From contig OZ244197.1 in assembly GCA_965216785.1 (NCBI GenBank), positions 192,001 to 256,000 of the forward strand: DNA of 64,000 bases. The letters are read 5' to 3'. The notes beneath the pieces are model-generated. The model did no database searches and was not told the origin of the DNA. It worked only from the letters and a program-made list of their open reading frames with translations. The position numbers and the translations under genes were made by a program. Below are positions 10,437 to 21,119 of this stretch, in pieces (position 1 is the stretch's first letter; the number at the start of each line of letters is the position of its first letter). This DNA is from Thermodesulfobacteriota bacterium (GTDB lineage Bacteria; Desulfobacterota_D; UBA1144; Nemesobacterales; UBA2774).

Positions 10437-11075
10437 ATGGCTTACCCGCAGCCTGAAGAATCCTCACATCTTGAGAGGTATAAAAAATCAATTGAGCTTA
10501 TTGAACGGGAGAGAATCATTTTTCTTCTAACCGGGGAATCTGTAGAGCAGGTATTCGATTTGCTTGGACAGTTAAAAGAAAAAGGGAGCGAGCTGGTGTG
10601 CGTGGACTATAAAATCCCTGGAATAATGGAGCGGTTGAAGTCTATCAGAAAAAAGGGCGGGGATTGTCCCGGAGTGTTTTCGATATCGACGGCTAAAGAC
10701 GCGAGGCGCGCTATTAACGCCGGCGCGCAATTCATATTTACAACACATACAGACAAAGGTATGACAAAAAAATGCAGGCATGAGAAAATATTCCATGCGG
10801 CAGGTGCACTTACGCCAAAAGAAGTGTATGAGGCAAATGATCTGGGCGCAGACGCGGTGAGTATATACCCATGCTCCGCCATGGGCGGTGTTAGCTGGTC
10901 CGTAAGATTAAAAGAAATGTTTTCTGGCTTTAAGCTTATACCGACAGACGTAATGACCCCCGAAGAAGCGGGTGATTACTTGAAAACGGGCGCCTTCGCG
11001 GTAGCCCCTGTTATCGATACAAAGAATTCCAAGGAAGCCCGGGAATTAATTCTGGGCTTTATTGATTTGGACTAA
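10437..11075 (+). CDS. KDPG/KHG aldolase-fold protein lacking catalytic residues
   Basis: AGAQFI, GALTPKEV, GADAVSIYP, GG, LIPT pattern follows Eda, but the Schiff-base Lys and catalytic Glu positions are substituted. Confidence 0.75.
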   Translation: MAYPQPEESSHLERYKKSIELIERERIIFLLTGESVEQVFDLLGQLKEKGSELVCVDYKIPGIMERLKSIRKKGGDCPGVFSISTAKDARRAINAGAQFIFTTHTDKGMTKKCRHEKIFHAAGALTPKEVYEANDLGADAVSIYPCSAMGGVSWSVRLKEMFSGFKLIPTDVMTPEEAGDYLKTGAFAVAPVIDTKNSKEARELILGFIDLD

Positions 11076-11255
11076 TCCTCTGAAACTTACTGACGAAAGT
11101 CACTATAAAATTTATAGATATGCCCAGTTAAACCCTGGGTAAACTATTAAAAGTCCGGGGATAGTGTAATTGCCGGGCGTAAATATAATTTGAAACATAA
11201 ACCGTCTACCTTAAGTTATAATTAGTAAAATTTACAAATCTCCTCGGAGGATGTC

Positions 11256-13238
11256 ATGAATAAAACTTTACTTACAGTATTTACCGTAATATTGGGCTTT
11301 TACGGATTTTCCGGCGTGCAGGCTTCTGAAGACGATCAGACGCTTAAGAGAAACGGGTATGAGAGAAGTGAATTCAGCATAATAAGAAGTGAGAAAGTAA
11401 ACCCTAAGCTTGCCGAAGTAATCGATGAGATAGACAGGGTAAACGTCAGCAGGGACAGCCTGGGAAAAAGTAATCCGCAAGGGCTGTCAACCCGGCTGGT
11501 TAAGGTGGACTCTGAGGGGATGATCGAAGTTTATATTCACTGCAACGAAGTCGGTGAGGATAATCTTAACCGCTTATTGGATTTAGGCCTCGATACCGAA
11601 GTTATAAACGACGAGCTTAAAATCATTCAGGGATGGCTTCCCCACGACATTATAGAGGAAGCGGCGGAGCTTGGATTTGTCGATAAGATAACCCCGCCAA
11701 GCTACGGTCACACAAGAGTAGGCTCTCTTACCCCAAATGTAGTTTCTGAAATCGGCGCTGATATGGTAATTTCGGAGTTCGGCATAGACGGCTCGGGAGT
11801 TAAAATCGGCGTGATCTCGGACGGTATCGGAAACCTGGCCGCGTCGCAGGCTTCGGGAGACCTTCCCTTTGTGCAAATAGGAAACGCAGGTAGCGGGAAT
11901 GAAGGCACTGCGATGTTAGAGATAATACACGACATAGCGCCCGGGGCTGATCTTGCTTTCCATACCGGGAACAGCACCTTGAGGTTTATAGAGGCAGTCG
12001 AGTTCTTCTGCAATAACGGGGTCGATATAATAGTGGACGATATCGGATACTTATCCGAGCCTTTTTTCCAGGACGGCTCTGTAGCGCAGGCTGCCGCCGA
12101 CGCAGTGAATCAGGGTAAGGTGTTCGTATCCGCAGCCGGAAACGATCAGGACCGCCACTATCAGGCGCTTTATATTGATGTAGACCCGGGCGATGCTGAA
12201 AGCAATAACCACGACTTCGGAGCCGCCGCGGGAGAGGCCAGTACAAACCGCATGTCTTACCTTCTACCCGCAGGCGGAGAGGTAGTAGTAGTGCTACAGT
12301 GGTCGGACCCTTTCGGCGCATCCAGTAATGATTACGACCTGTTTTTGGTTGAGCCCGGAACAACTACCGTAATAGACTCCGGTACTGCCGCTCAAAACGG
12401 AGATGACGATCCGATAGAGTTTGCAGGTGTGAGAAACGACGGAGGCTCATCGGGCATATTTGAGATAGTAATAGATAAATTCAGCGGTGAAGACCAAACT
12501 CTTGAAATTGTTTTTAACGGGAACGGCAATCTTTTGGAATTCAACGTGCCGGAAGATTCCATATACGGCCACCCAGCGCACCCGGACGTGATTGCAACCG
12601 GTGCCACGGACGGGGGGGTTATTGATTTCTTCAGCTCGTTTGGCCCTTCATCAATATTCCATAACCCGGTAGTTACCGTTTCTTCAAGAGTTGCAGGGCC
12701 CTCCTTGAACGCAGCGCCGCTGCTTGAATCCAGACCCAAGCCCGACATTTCCGCTCCAAACAGAATTCCTACGACAGTCCCCGGCTTTTCCAACTTCGCG
12801 GGTACTTCCGCGGCAGCGCCGGTACTGGCAGCAAGCGCGGCTTTAGTGTATCAGGCTGTTGAATTTGCAAACCTCACCCTGGCGAGCAGCGCTCCGGAAT
12901 CGGCGATCGCTGCCAGACAGACACCTGAGGAGATTCTGGATATACTATCAAACACGGCAACAGACATAGGCCCACCCGGATTCGATAATACCTCCGGGGC
13001 AGGTATAGTTGACGCATTCGCTGCAGTACAAGAGGCGCTTCAGGGACTAGATGGACCCGGCGGGGATCCAGGAAGCAGCGGTAATAGTGGCGGAAACGGG
13101 GGGAACGGCGGAGGCGGGTGCTCTCTACTCAGCAGCGATGCAGCGAGCTTAAACGGCACCGGCGCTATGTTAAATATATTAATACTGCTGGTACCTGCGA
13201 TCTTTGTAGCTCTAATTCAAATCAGAAGAAGGATATGA
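11256..13238 (+). CDS. Secreted S8/S53-like serine peptidase with Gly-rich linker and Cys-TM-RRR C-terminal sorting signal
   Basis: Signal peptide; IGVISDG, NEGTAMLEIIHDIAPGA, SAAGND, AGTSAAAP; tail GGGGCS-TM-RRRI. Confidence 0.88.
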   Translation: MNKTLLTVFTVILGFYGFSGVQASEDDQTLKRNGYERSEFSIIRSEKVNPKLAEVIDEIDRVNVSRDSLGKSNPQGLSTRLVKVDSEGMIEVYIHCNEVGEDNLNRLLDLGLDTEVINDELKIIQGWLPHDIIEEAAELGFVDKITPPSYGHTRVGSLTPNVVSEIGADMVISEFGIDGSGVKIGVISDGIGNLAASQASGDLPFVQIGNAGSGNEGTAMLEIIHDIAPGADLAFHTGNSTLRFIEAVEFFCNNGVDIIVDDIGYLSEPFFQDGSVAQAAADAVNQGKVFVSAAGNDQDRHYQALYIDVDPGDAESNNHDFGAAAGEASTNRMSYLLPAGGEVVVVLQWSDPFGASSNDYDLFLVEPGTTTVIDSGTAAQNGDDDPIEFAGVRNDGGSSGIFEIVIDKFSGEDQTLEIVFNGNGNLLEFNVPEDSIYGHPAHPDVIATGATDGGVIDFFSSFGPSSIFHNPVVTVSSRVAGPSLNAAPLLESRPKPDISAPNRIPTTVPGFSNFAGTSAAAPVLAASAALVYQAVEFANLTLASSAPESAIAARQTPEEILDILSNTATDIGPPGFDNTSGAGIVDAFAAVQEALQGLDGPGGDPGSSGNSGGNGGNGGGGCSLLSSDAASLNGTGAMLNILILLVPAIFVALIQIRRRI

Positions 13239-13241
13239 TGT

Positions 13242-14672
13242 ATGAAATTACTCATAATCGGGCTTGACTGCGCAGATCCCGAGCTTGTGTTCGGATGGAA
13301 GGACGAGCTTCCGAATCTGAACAAACTGATGGAGGGCGGTGCTTACGGCCCGCTCCTTTCAACGCACCCACCGATCACAGTGCCCGCATGGGCCGTAATG
13401 ATGAGCGGCAAGGACCCGGGACAGCTTGGTTATTACGGATTCAGGAATAGAAAAGATCATACATACGACGCTTATGGAATTGCAAACGGAAACGCGGTAA
13501 AGGCGGAGCGGGCCTGGGATAGGCTATCGAAAGCAGGCAAAAAAGTAATTCTCCTCGGAGTACCACAGACCTATCCTCCAAAACCCGTTAACGGGTGCGT
13601 AGTGAGCGGGTTCTTAGCGCCCGACACCAACAGTAATTATACATACCCGATCGCGCTAAAAGATGAAATTGAAGAGGCGGCCCCCGGGTACGTTTTAGAT
13701 GTGGAGGACTTTAGAACAGATGATAAAGAGGCGCTGCTTGGGCGTATATACGACAAGACCGAGAAACATTTTAAAGCCGCGAAATATCTTTTGACAAATA
13801 AACCCTGGGATTTTTTCATGCTCGTTGAAATGGGTGTGGACAGGATTCACCATGGATTCTGGAGCTTTATGGACAAGGATCACCCAAAATACGTAGCGGG
13901 CAACCCCTTTGAAGACTCTATAAAGGAATACTATAAATACTGCGACAGGGAGATAGGTGAGCTTTTATCACTAGTAGCCGACGATACAGTGGTTATTGTA
14001 GTTTCCGACCACGGCGCAAGAAAGATGGAAGGCGGTATCTGCTTTAATGAATGGCTTATAAAAGAAGGTTATCTTGCTCTTAAAGACTACCCGAGTGAAC
14101 CGACGCGTTTTGCTGATACTGAAATAGACTGGAGCAGGACCGCTGCCTGGGGAGAGGGCGGATATTACGGAAGATTATTTATGAACGTAAAGGGAAGAGA
14201 ACCCAATGGCACAGTTGAGCCAGCTGATTACGAAAAACTGCGCTCCGAGCTGATCGAGAAACTTGAGGCGATAGAAGACCCCGAGGGCGGGAATATAGGC
14301 ACAAAAGCTCACAGACCAGAGGAGCTATACAAAGAAGTTAACGGTGTGGCGCCTGATCTTATTGTTTATTTCGGGGAGCTTGGCTGGCGCTCTGTAGGGA
14401 GCGTGGGAATGGGCGGTATTCACACATTTGAGAACGACACAGGGTCTGATGAGGCGAACCACGATTGGAACGGGGTATTTATTTTAAATGATATAGGGTG
14501 CAAGCTGGGCAACATAGAGCCCGGGTACAAAGAGGGAATGAAAATATATGATATCGCACCCACGGTGCTTAACCTGTTCGGAATGAAGTCTGATGAAGAG
14601 GTTATCGGAAAGAGCTTAACGAATTATGAAGATAGGGGAATTCTCTCGAAGTTAAGAAGTATATTAGGTTAG
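13242..14672 (+). CDS. Alkaline phosphatase superfamily, nucleotide pyrophosphatase/phosphodiesterase type; no signal peptide
   Basis: IIGLDC, PPITVPAW (Thr nucleophile), DRIHH, VSDHG, ANHD. Confidence 0.88.
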   Translation: MKLLIIGLDCADPELVFGWKDELPNLNKLMEGGAYGPLLSTHPPITVPAWAVMMSGKDPGQLGYYGFRNRKDHTYDAYGIANGNAVKAERAWDRLSKAGKKVILLGVPQTYPPKPVNGCVVSGFLAPDTNSNYTYPIALKDEIEEAAPGYVLDVEDFRTDDKEALLGRIYDKTEKHFKAAKYLLTNKPWDFFMLVEMGVDRIHHGFWSFMDKDHPKYVAGNPFEDSIKEYYKYCDREIGELLSLVADDTVVIVVSDHGARKMEGGICFNEWLIKEGYLALKDYPSEPTRFADTEIDWSRTAAWGEGGYYGRLFMNVKGREPNGTVEPADYEKLRSELIEKLEAIEDPEGGNIGTKAHRPEELYKEVNGVAPDLIVYFGELGWRSVGSVGMGGIHTFENDTGSDEANHDWNGVFILNDIGCKLGNIEPGYKEGMKIYDIAPTVLNLFGMKSDEEVIGKSLTNYEDRGILSKLRSILG

Positions 14673-14746
14673 GCGGTAGAGAAAAAGATTTAGACAATAT
14701 ATAATCAAGAATCGGAATTAACGCATTATCCGGTGCGGCTCGGCAT

Positions 14747-16819
14747 ATGGCAAAGGTCAATAACGACACAAATAGATTGATCCTGATTACCGCCCTCTCA
14801 ATGAGTATAACCTTTGGGCTCCTTGATATCTATATAGGGCTCAAGTCTGGGGGTATGAAAAACCTGAGGATTCCATGGGTAATTATCCCCCTTGCCGTCA
14901 CTACGGGGTTCTATTTCATTGCCTACATTACAAGCTGGTACTTAGTTGTGTCTCGGTTGGTGAGAAGACTCAGGCTGAATATTGAAAACTCCGCTATCGC
15001 AAACGGGTTTTTGATCGGTATCGCAATAATATTGATATCAATGTATTTCGATGTGCTAGCCATAAGAGGATCTATATACAAAATTGTCGGCATTCTTTTT
15101 ATACTTACAGTTTCAACTATTGTATCGATACTGATATATCTGATCCTGACAAAAGTAATAGAGATAAAAAGACCAGCAGTTACAGGAATGAAGGCAAGCC
15201 TGATCATTCCGATAGTACTCTTGGAAGCCTTATTTTTTATAATCATACAGAAGTTCGTTGCGACTCCGGCCGTGATATTTTACGGAACTTATCTTGTTTT
15301 AGTTCTGGCGACAATTTATGCAATTTCCTATATAAACGCTGAAAAGCTAAGGGTACTGAGCTTACTGACGGCGATAGTGCTGCTAATAGTAATTGGAGGC
15401 CCGCTTGCGGTTATCCTAAACCAACAAATATATAACTCAACACCTACAAGCGAGATTAAAACAAATCTCAATTCATCCAAAAGCAGTATTAAGCATGTAA
15501 TCTTAATTACAGTAGATACGCTTAGGACAGACGTGCTTTCTTCATACGGCAGTCAGAATGTACAAACCCCCAACATCGATAGCCTATCGGCAGACGGAGT
15601 ACTGTTTAAAAACGCATATTCATCGGCGCCTTGGACACTCCCCGCGTTCTCTTCAATAATGACAGGGCTTCCGCCAGGAACTCATTTAACCACTAAACCA
15701 AGCTCGAAGCTGCCGGATAAATTCAATACGATTGCCGAGTATATGAAGGGTTCCGGCTACTATACCGGAGCAATTGTCAGAAATATCTTCCTAAGCCCGA
15801 ATTATAACCTGGACCAGGGATTCGCAGATTATTACCATTACCCAAATCATAATAGGTATGTTAAGTCCTTCGGTACGGCGCTTATGTTATCGGCCCTTAA
15901 TAAAAAACTATTGGAAGATGTATCAACCGAAGATATTACAAACAGCGCTATTAACTGGCTTGGAAAACACAGAGACGAAAACTTCTTTTACTGGATTCAT
16001 TACTTTGATCCGCACCAACCCTATGCCCCACCACAGAGATATATTACCGACAGGAGTGAGCCTCCCTCGCGTATCGGGCGGAAATTTGACGGGGCTGGAC
16101 GTATTAGGGGTGGCCACTTTACGGCCACCGCAAGAGAAAAGCAGTGGATAAAAGAGCTGTATGACGCCGAGGTACGTTACGTGGATGAGAATCTAGGAAG
16201 ACTCTTTAAATATTTAAAGGAGTCCGGATTATATGAGGATTCGCTTATTATTTTCACTAGCGACCACGGGGAGGAGTTCTGGGACCATGGAGGTTTCGAG
16301 CACGGTCACGCTCTTTATAACGAAGTGATACAGGTACCTTTGATCATCAAGATGCCGGGTGTTAATCAATCGAGGGAAGAAAATATGAGGGTGAGCACAC
16401 AGAGCCTTAAACGCACAATACTGGACGCAATCGGTATAGAGTATGATAGTGATCGCTTGATTTCCGGATCTTTATACCCGCTTATTCGGGAGGATGGTAC
16501 AGAAATTAGCCAAGAGCCGCTCGTAACCACCGGACTTTTATATTATGAGGATAAAGAATCCATTATTAATGGCGATAGGAAATTCATACGCTCTCTGGTC
16601 TCAAACAAAGAAGAGCTCTATGACTTAATCACCGACCCGCACGAGCAAAACGAGCTAAGTAGCGGTGGGGGGAGTGCCTTAGAAGCCAGACAAATGCTGA
16701 AAGAATACAACGAAAAAGCCAAGAGTCTGGGCTCTGAGTACGGAGTTCAAAGTGCAGAAGAAGTCGTCTTAAGTAAAGAGAAGAAAGAAGAGCTGAAAGC
16801 TTTGGATTATATACAGTAA
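14747..16819 (+). CDS. Membrane-anchored sulfatase-like hydrolase/transferase (about 7 N-terminal TMs)
   Basis: ITVDTLR, SAPWTLPA, HYFDPH, TSDHGEEF, HG..LY; ends ELKALDYIQ. Confidence 0.87.
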   Translation: MAKVNNDTNRLILITALSMSITFGLLDIYIGLKSGGMKNLRIPWVIIPLAVTTGFYFIAYITSWYLVVSRLVRRLRLNIENSAIANGFLIGIAIILISMYFDVLAIRGSIYKIVGILFILTVSTIVSILIYLILTKVIEIKRPAVTGMKASLIIPIVLLEALFFIIIQKFVATPAVIFYGTYLVLVLATIYAISYINAEKLRVLSLLTAIVLLIVIGGPLAVILNQQIYNSTPTSEIKTNLNSSKSSIKHVILITVDTLRTDVLSSYGSQNVQTPNIDSLSADGVLFKNAYSSAPWTLPAFSSIMTGLPPGTHLTTKPSSKLPDKFNTIAEYMKGSGYYTGAIVRNIFLSPNYNLDQGFADYYHYPNHNRYVKSFGTALMLSALNKKLLEDVSTEDITNSAINWLGKHRDENFFYWIHYFDPHQPYAPPQRYITDRSEPPSRIGRKFDGAGRIRGGHFTATAREKQWIKELYDAEVRYVDENLGRLFKYLKESGLYEDSLIIFTSDHGEEFWDHGGFEHGHALYNEVIQVPLIIKMPGVNQSREENMRVSTQSLKRTILDAIGIEYDSDRLISGSLYPLIREDGTEISQEPLVTTGLLYYEDKESIINGDRKFIRSLVSNKEELYDLITDPHEQNELSSGGGSALEARQMLKEYNEKAKSLGSEYGVQSAEEVVLSKEKKEELKALDYIQ

Positions 16820-16872
16820 TAAAAAAAACCGCCAAAACCATTTGTCCTTAGCCCGGGTATATATTACATTTA

Positions 16873-19077
16873 TTGGTTTTATATTCCATGTTGAAAGTAT
16901 TACGTTGTTCGGATATTAGCAGATTGAGAATATTCCTCTTATACCTAGCAATATTAGTATGTATATACACCGTTCAAACCGAGCCAGCGTTTAGCTACAT
17001 AGGCCCTGGAGCGGGATTTGCATTCCTGTCCTCTTTTCTGGTACTTATTCTTACTTTCGCGCTCGCTATGTTTTACCTGCTTTCCTGGCCATTAAGGTTT
17101 TTTCTGAGGAGGATTTTCAAAAAATCCCCAAAAACAAAGACAGATATAAAAAGGGTAATAATAATAGGTCTTGACGGAATGGACCCCGGACTGGCAAAAG
17201 AGTTCATGGACGAGGGTAAACTTCCGAATTTTAAGAAACTTAGTGATGAGGGAACCTTCTCAAAGCTCGGCACTAGCTACCCCTCGATATCACCTGTAGC
17301 TTGGTCATCGTTTATGACAGGCGTTGACCCATCGCATCACAACATTTTCGATTTTATCACACGAGACCCATGCACATATCAGCCGATGCTTACTTCAGCT
17401 GATATAGGGAAGGCCTCTAAAGTGCTCCCGATCGGAAAGTATATGATACCCCTTGGGAAACCCAAGATGCGGCTTCTTAGAAAAAGTCAGCCTTTCTGGA
17501 AAATTCTTGGGAAGTACGGAATATTCAGCTCTATATTACGGGTACCGATCACATTTCCGCCAGAGAAATTTAACGGCGTAATGTTGTCGGGAATGTGCGT
17601 TCCCGATCTGAGAGGATCACAGGGAACATTCTCACACTACACAACTGATAAAGAGAGAACAAACATAGAGACAGGGGGAGAGAGCCGTTTTGTCGAGGTA
17701 AATAACAATATCATAGAAACAGAGCTTGTGGGACCCGAAAACCACCTCGTTAAAAACGGAGGGGAGCTCAAGCTGCCCATAAAAATAAAACTGGATGAAC
17801 AAAACGTTAAAGCTCAAATTGAAATTTCCGATCAAAGCTTTGAGCTTGAGCCAAAAACCTACTCACCCTGGATCAGAATAATATTTAAAGCCGGTCTCGG
17901 AATAAAAGTTCACGGTATTTGCAGGTTCTATATAAATAGCATAGCTCCGGACTTCGACATGTACGTGACTCCGATCAACATCGATCCCGAAGAGCCTGCT
18001 CTACCCATATCACACCCGTTTATATTCTCTGTTTATCTTGCAAAGCTCATAGGCTCTTACGGTACGCTGGGGCTCGCTGAGGATACCTGGGCGCTAAACG
18101 AAGGCGTCATAGACGAGGACGCGTTCCTTAAGCAGTCATACCTACTATACGAAGAGCGGGAAAAGATGTTCCTTAACGCGCTTGAGAAAACCCCAAGAGG
18201 ATTGGTAACTTGCGTATTTGATACTACCGACCGCGTGCAGCATATGTTTTTCCGCTGCCTTGATGCTGAGCACCCCGCGAATAGGGGAAAAGAAGTTAAG
18301 AAGTATAAAAGTGTAATTGAAGAGCTTTACATAAAGATGGACGGGCTGATTGGAAAAGCGCTTGAGAAAGTAGATGAGAATACTGTTCTCGGCGTAATAT
18401 CGGACCATGGATTCACACAGTTCAAAAGGGGCGTGAACCTTAACAGCTGGCTCTATAAAGAAGGCTATTTGGCACTCAGAGAAGGAAACACCACAAGCGG
18501 GGACTGGCTTGAAAATGTGGACTGGGAAAGAACTAAAGCATTTTCGCTTGGACTTGCGGGTATCTTTATTAATAGGAAAGGCAGAGAGGCTAGCGGCATT
18601 GTAGAAGAAGGAGAAGAGCTTCAAACCCTCAAGAATGACATGATTGAAAAGCTTAGCGGATTATTAGACGAAGAAACCGGGGGTATATCCATAATAGAGG
18701 TGCTGGATACCGAGAGGGCTCATTCGGGACCTTATAAATACGATGCGCCTGATCTCCTTGTAGGTTATAATGCAGGATACAGAAGCTCATGGGGATGCGC
18801 AGTCGGGCGAGTGACGGAATCTGTGTTTGAAGATAACACCAAGCACTGGAGCGGAGATCACTGCGTTGATCCGAAAATAGTGCCGGGAGTCTTATTTATG
18901 AACCGTAAGATTTCCAAAGAAAACCCGCACCTAAACGATATGGCTCCTACGGTTCTGGATTTATTTGGCGTAGAGATACCAAAATATATGAAGGGCTCGC
19001 CCCTTATCGGACAAAAAATATCAAATAAGAAAATAGAAACCGGAGAAAAAGAAGAAAGAGAAGCAAAGGCTGTTTAA
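16873..19077 (+). CDS. Membrane-anchored NPP-type alkaline phosphatase superfamily protein (alternative start ATG 16888)
   Basis: Signal-like segment, YIGPGAG plus TM, IIGLDGMDP, PSISPVAW, DRVQH, SDHGF, WSGDH. Confidence 0.87.
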   Translation: MVLYSMLKVLRCSDISRLRIFLLYLAILVCIYTVQTEPAFSYIGPGAGFAFLSSFLVLILTFALAMFYLLSWPLRFFLRRIFKKSPKTKTDIKRVIIIGLDGMDPGLAKEFMDEGKLPNFKKLSDEGTFSKLGTSYPSISPVAWSSFMTGVDPSHHNIFDFITRDPCTYQPMLTSADIGKASKVLPIGKYMIPLGKPKMRLLRKSQPFWKILGKYGIFSSILRVPITFPPEKFNGVMLSGMCVPDLRGSQGTFSHYTTDKERTNIETGGESRFVEVNNNIIETELVGPENHLVKNGGELKLPIKIKLDEQNVKAQIEISDQSFELEPKTYSPWIRIIFKAGLGIKVHGICRFYINSIAPDFDMYVTPINIDPEEPALPISHPFIFSVYLAKLIGSYGTLGLAEDTWALNEGVIDEDAFLKQSYLLYEEREKMFLNALEKTPRGLVTCVFDTTDRVQHMFFRCLDAEHPANRGKEVKKYKSVIEELYIKMDGLIGKALEKVDENTVLGVISDHGFTQFKRGVNLNSWLYKEGYLALREGNTTSGDWLENVDWERTKAFSLGLAGIFINRKGREASGIVEEGEELQTLKNDMIEKLSGLLDEETGGISIIEVLDTERAHSGPYKYDAPDLLVGYNAGYRSSWGCAVGRVTESVFEDNTKHWSGDHCVDPKIVPGVLFMNRKISKENPHLNDMAPTVLDLFGVEIPKYMKGSPLIGQKISNKKIETGEKEEREAKAV

Positions 19078-19108
19078 GTAGACGGTACTGACTTACATAT
19101 CGACCCAA

Positions 19109-21094
19109 ATGATAACTAAAAACTCAATGAACATGGTTTCGGCAATAGCGCTGGTAGTGATACTCAGCATGTGCGTAGTGCTGCAAGGATGCAGCAGCAG
19201 TGCCGACACAACATCTGCTAAAGCCGTGGATGCGGATAAGAAGCTTATTGTGATCGGTTTTGACGGTATGGACCCTAAAATCGTTCGAAAGCTGATAGCC
19301 GAAGGAAAGCTCCCGCATTTTAAGACCTTGAGTGAAACGGGAGATTTTAAAGAGCTCGCTACAAGTATTCCGCCACAGAGCCCTGTTGCGTGGTCAAACT
19401 TCATAACCGGCATGAACCCGGGAGGGCACGGTATATTCGATTTCATTCACAGAGACCCGAAGACCATGTTCCCATATCTGTCAACATCCAAGACCGAAGC
19501 TCCCGAAACAACGATCAGCATTGGTGAATGGGTAATTCCTCTATCAGAGGGAAAAGTGAAGCTGCTACGTCAGGGAAAGGCTTTTTGGGAATATCTTACA
19601 GAGAACGGAGTCACAACAACAATTTTCAGAGTACCTGCAAACTTTCCCACAACCCAAGGCCACGCGCACCAGATCTCGGGAATGGGCACACCCGACATAC
19701 AGGGTACGTATGGAACATTCTCTTACTATACGGACGAGAATGTAGATCGCTTTGAAGACATTTCGGGCGGTGTGGTGTTCCCGGTAAACATTATTAACGA
19801 CAGTTTCAAAGCCGCGCTTCCCGGACCTAAAAACACATTTAAAAAAGACTCACCGGAAGTGAATGTAGAGTTTAGGGTTTATGTAGATCCTGAAAACCCC
19901 GTCGCCAAGATTAGTGTTCAGGATAACGAGATAATCTTAAATGAGGGCGAGTGGAGCAACTGGGTAACCATTGAGTACGAGATAATCCCCTACATCGAGA
20001 AAGCAAACGGAATTGCCCGCTTTTACTTAAAGGAGATAAGACCGAATTTAAAGCTCTATGTAACTCCCGTAAATATAGATCCTAAGTCGCCGGCGCTTCC
20101 GATCTCAAACCCCGAGGGTTATTCAAAAGAGCTTGCGAAGGCAATCGGGCCCTTCTACACTCAGGGAATACCGGAGGACACTAAAGCTCTTTCTGAGGAT
20201 GTGCTTAACGACAAAGAGTTTCTTCACCAGACAGATATAGTATTTGAAGAGGAGCTTAACATGCTCGACTATGAGCTTGAGCGTTTTAGAGCGGGGCTAC
20301 TTTTCTTTTATATCGGAAGAGCGGATCAGCTCTCTCACATGTTCTGGCGCACTATGGACACGGAGCACCCGGCTTATGATGAGGCCCTCAAGCTAAGGGA
20401 AGTAATTGAGAACTCTTACGTGGAAATGGACACTGTGCTTGGAAAAGTATTGGAGAGGATGGATCCCGATACCACACTGATTGTATTGTCGGACCACGGG
20501 TTTGCTCCTTTTTATAGGGCTTTTAACTTAAACACATGGCTTAAAAACGAAGGGTATGTAACTCTTAATGAGAATACCGAAGGCGAGTTCTTTCAAAATG
20601 TAGACTGGCAGAACACAAGAGCTTATGGCGTAGGGTTTAACGGTCTATTTTTGAATCTGAAAGAGAGGGAGCTGAATGGAATAGTAGAGCCCTGGGAAAA
20701 AAACAAGTTACTTGACGAGATTTCCGAGAAGCTTCTTTCAGTAAAAGATCCTAAGAACGGGGAGCAGGTGGTATCGAAAGTATATAAAGCAAAAGACGTG
20801 TATCAGGGCGCGTATGTGAAAGAGGCTCCCGATCTAGTAATTGGTTATAATAAGGGATACAGGGCGTCCTGGGAAACTGTGCTCGGAAGCTTCCCCGAAG
20901 AGACGCTGCGAGATAATAAAGAGAAGTGGAGCGGCGACCACTTGATGGAGGCGGAGCTTGTTCCGGGCATCCTGCTATCGAACAAAAAGATTGTATCCGA
21001 AAATCCCGCACTCTATGATATGGCTCCAACTATATTAGCCGTATTCGGAATACCGAAACAAAAAGGAATGATAGGAACTAACGTTTTAAAATAA
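19109..21094 (+). CDS. NPP-type alkaline phosphatase superfamily lipoprotein, paralog of the upstream gene
   Basis: Lipobox-like LQGC; IGFDGMDP, PPQSPVAW, DQLSH, SDHGF, WSGDH. Confidence 0.87.
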   Translation: MITKNSMNMVSAIALVVILSMCVVLQGCSSSADTTSAKAVDADKKLIVIGFDGMDPKIVRKLIAEGKLPHFKTLSETGDFKELATSIPPQSPVAWSNFITGMNPGGHGIFDFIHRDPKTMFPYLSTSKTEAPETTISIGEWVIPLSEGKVKLLRQGKAFWEYLTENGVTTTIFRVPANFPTTQGHAHQISGMGTPDIQGTYGTFSYYTDENVDRFEDISGGVVFPVNIINDSFKAALPGPKNTFKKDSPEVNVEFRVYVDPENPVAKISVQDNEIILNEGEWSNWVTIEYEIIPYIEKANGIARFYLKEIRPNLKLYVTPVNIDPKSPALPISNPEGYSKELAKAIGPFYTQGIPEDTKALSEDVLNDKEFLHQTDIVFEEELNMLDYELERFRAGLLFFYIGRADQLSHMFWRTMDTEHPAYDEALKLREVIENSYVEMDTVLGKVLERMDPDTTLIVLSDHGFAPFYRAFNLNTWLKNEGYVTLNENTEGEFFQNVDWQNTRAYGVGFNGLFLNLKERELNGIVEPWEKNKLLDEISEKLLSVKDPKNGEQVVSKVYKAKDVYQGAYVKEAPDLVIGYNKGYRASWETVLGSFPEETLRDNKEKWSGDHLMEAELVPGILLSNKKIVSENPALYDMAPTILAVFGIPKQKGMIGTNVLK

Positions 21095-21119
21095 GAACAC
21101 ATAACGGAGGTATTGGAAG

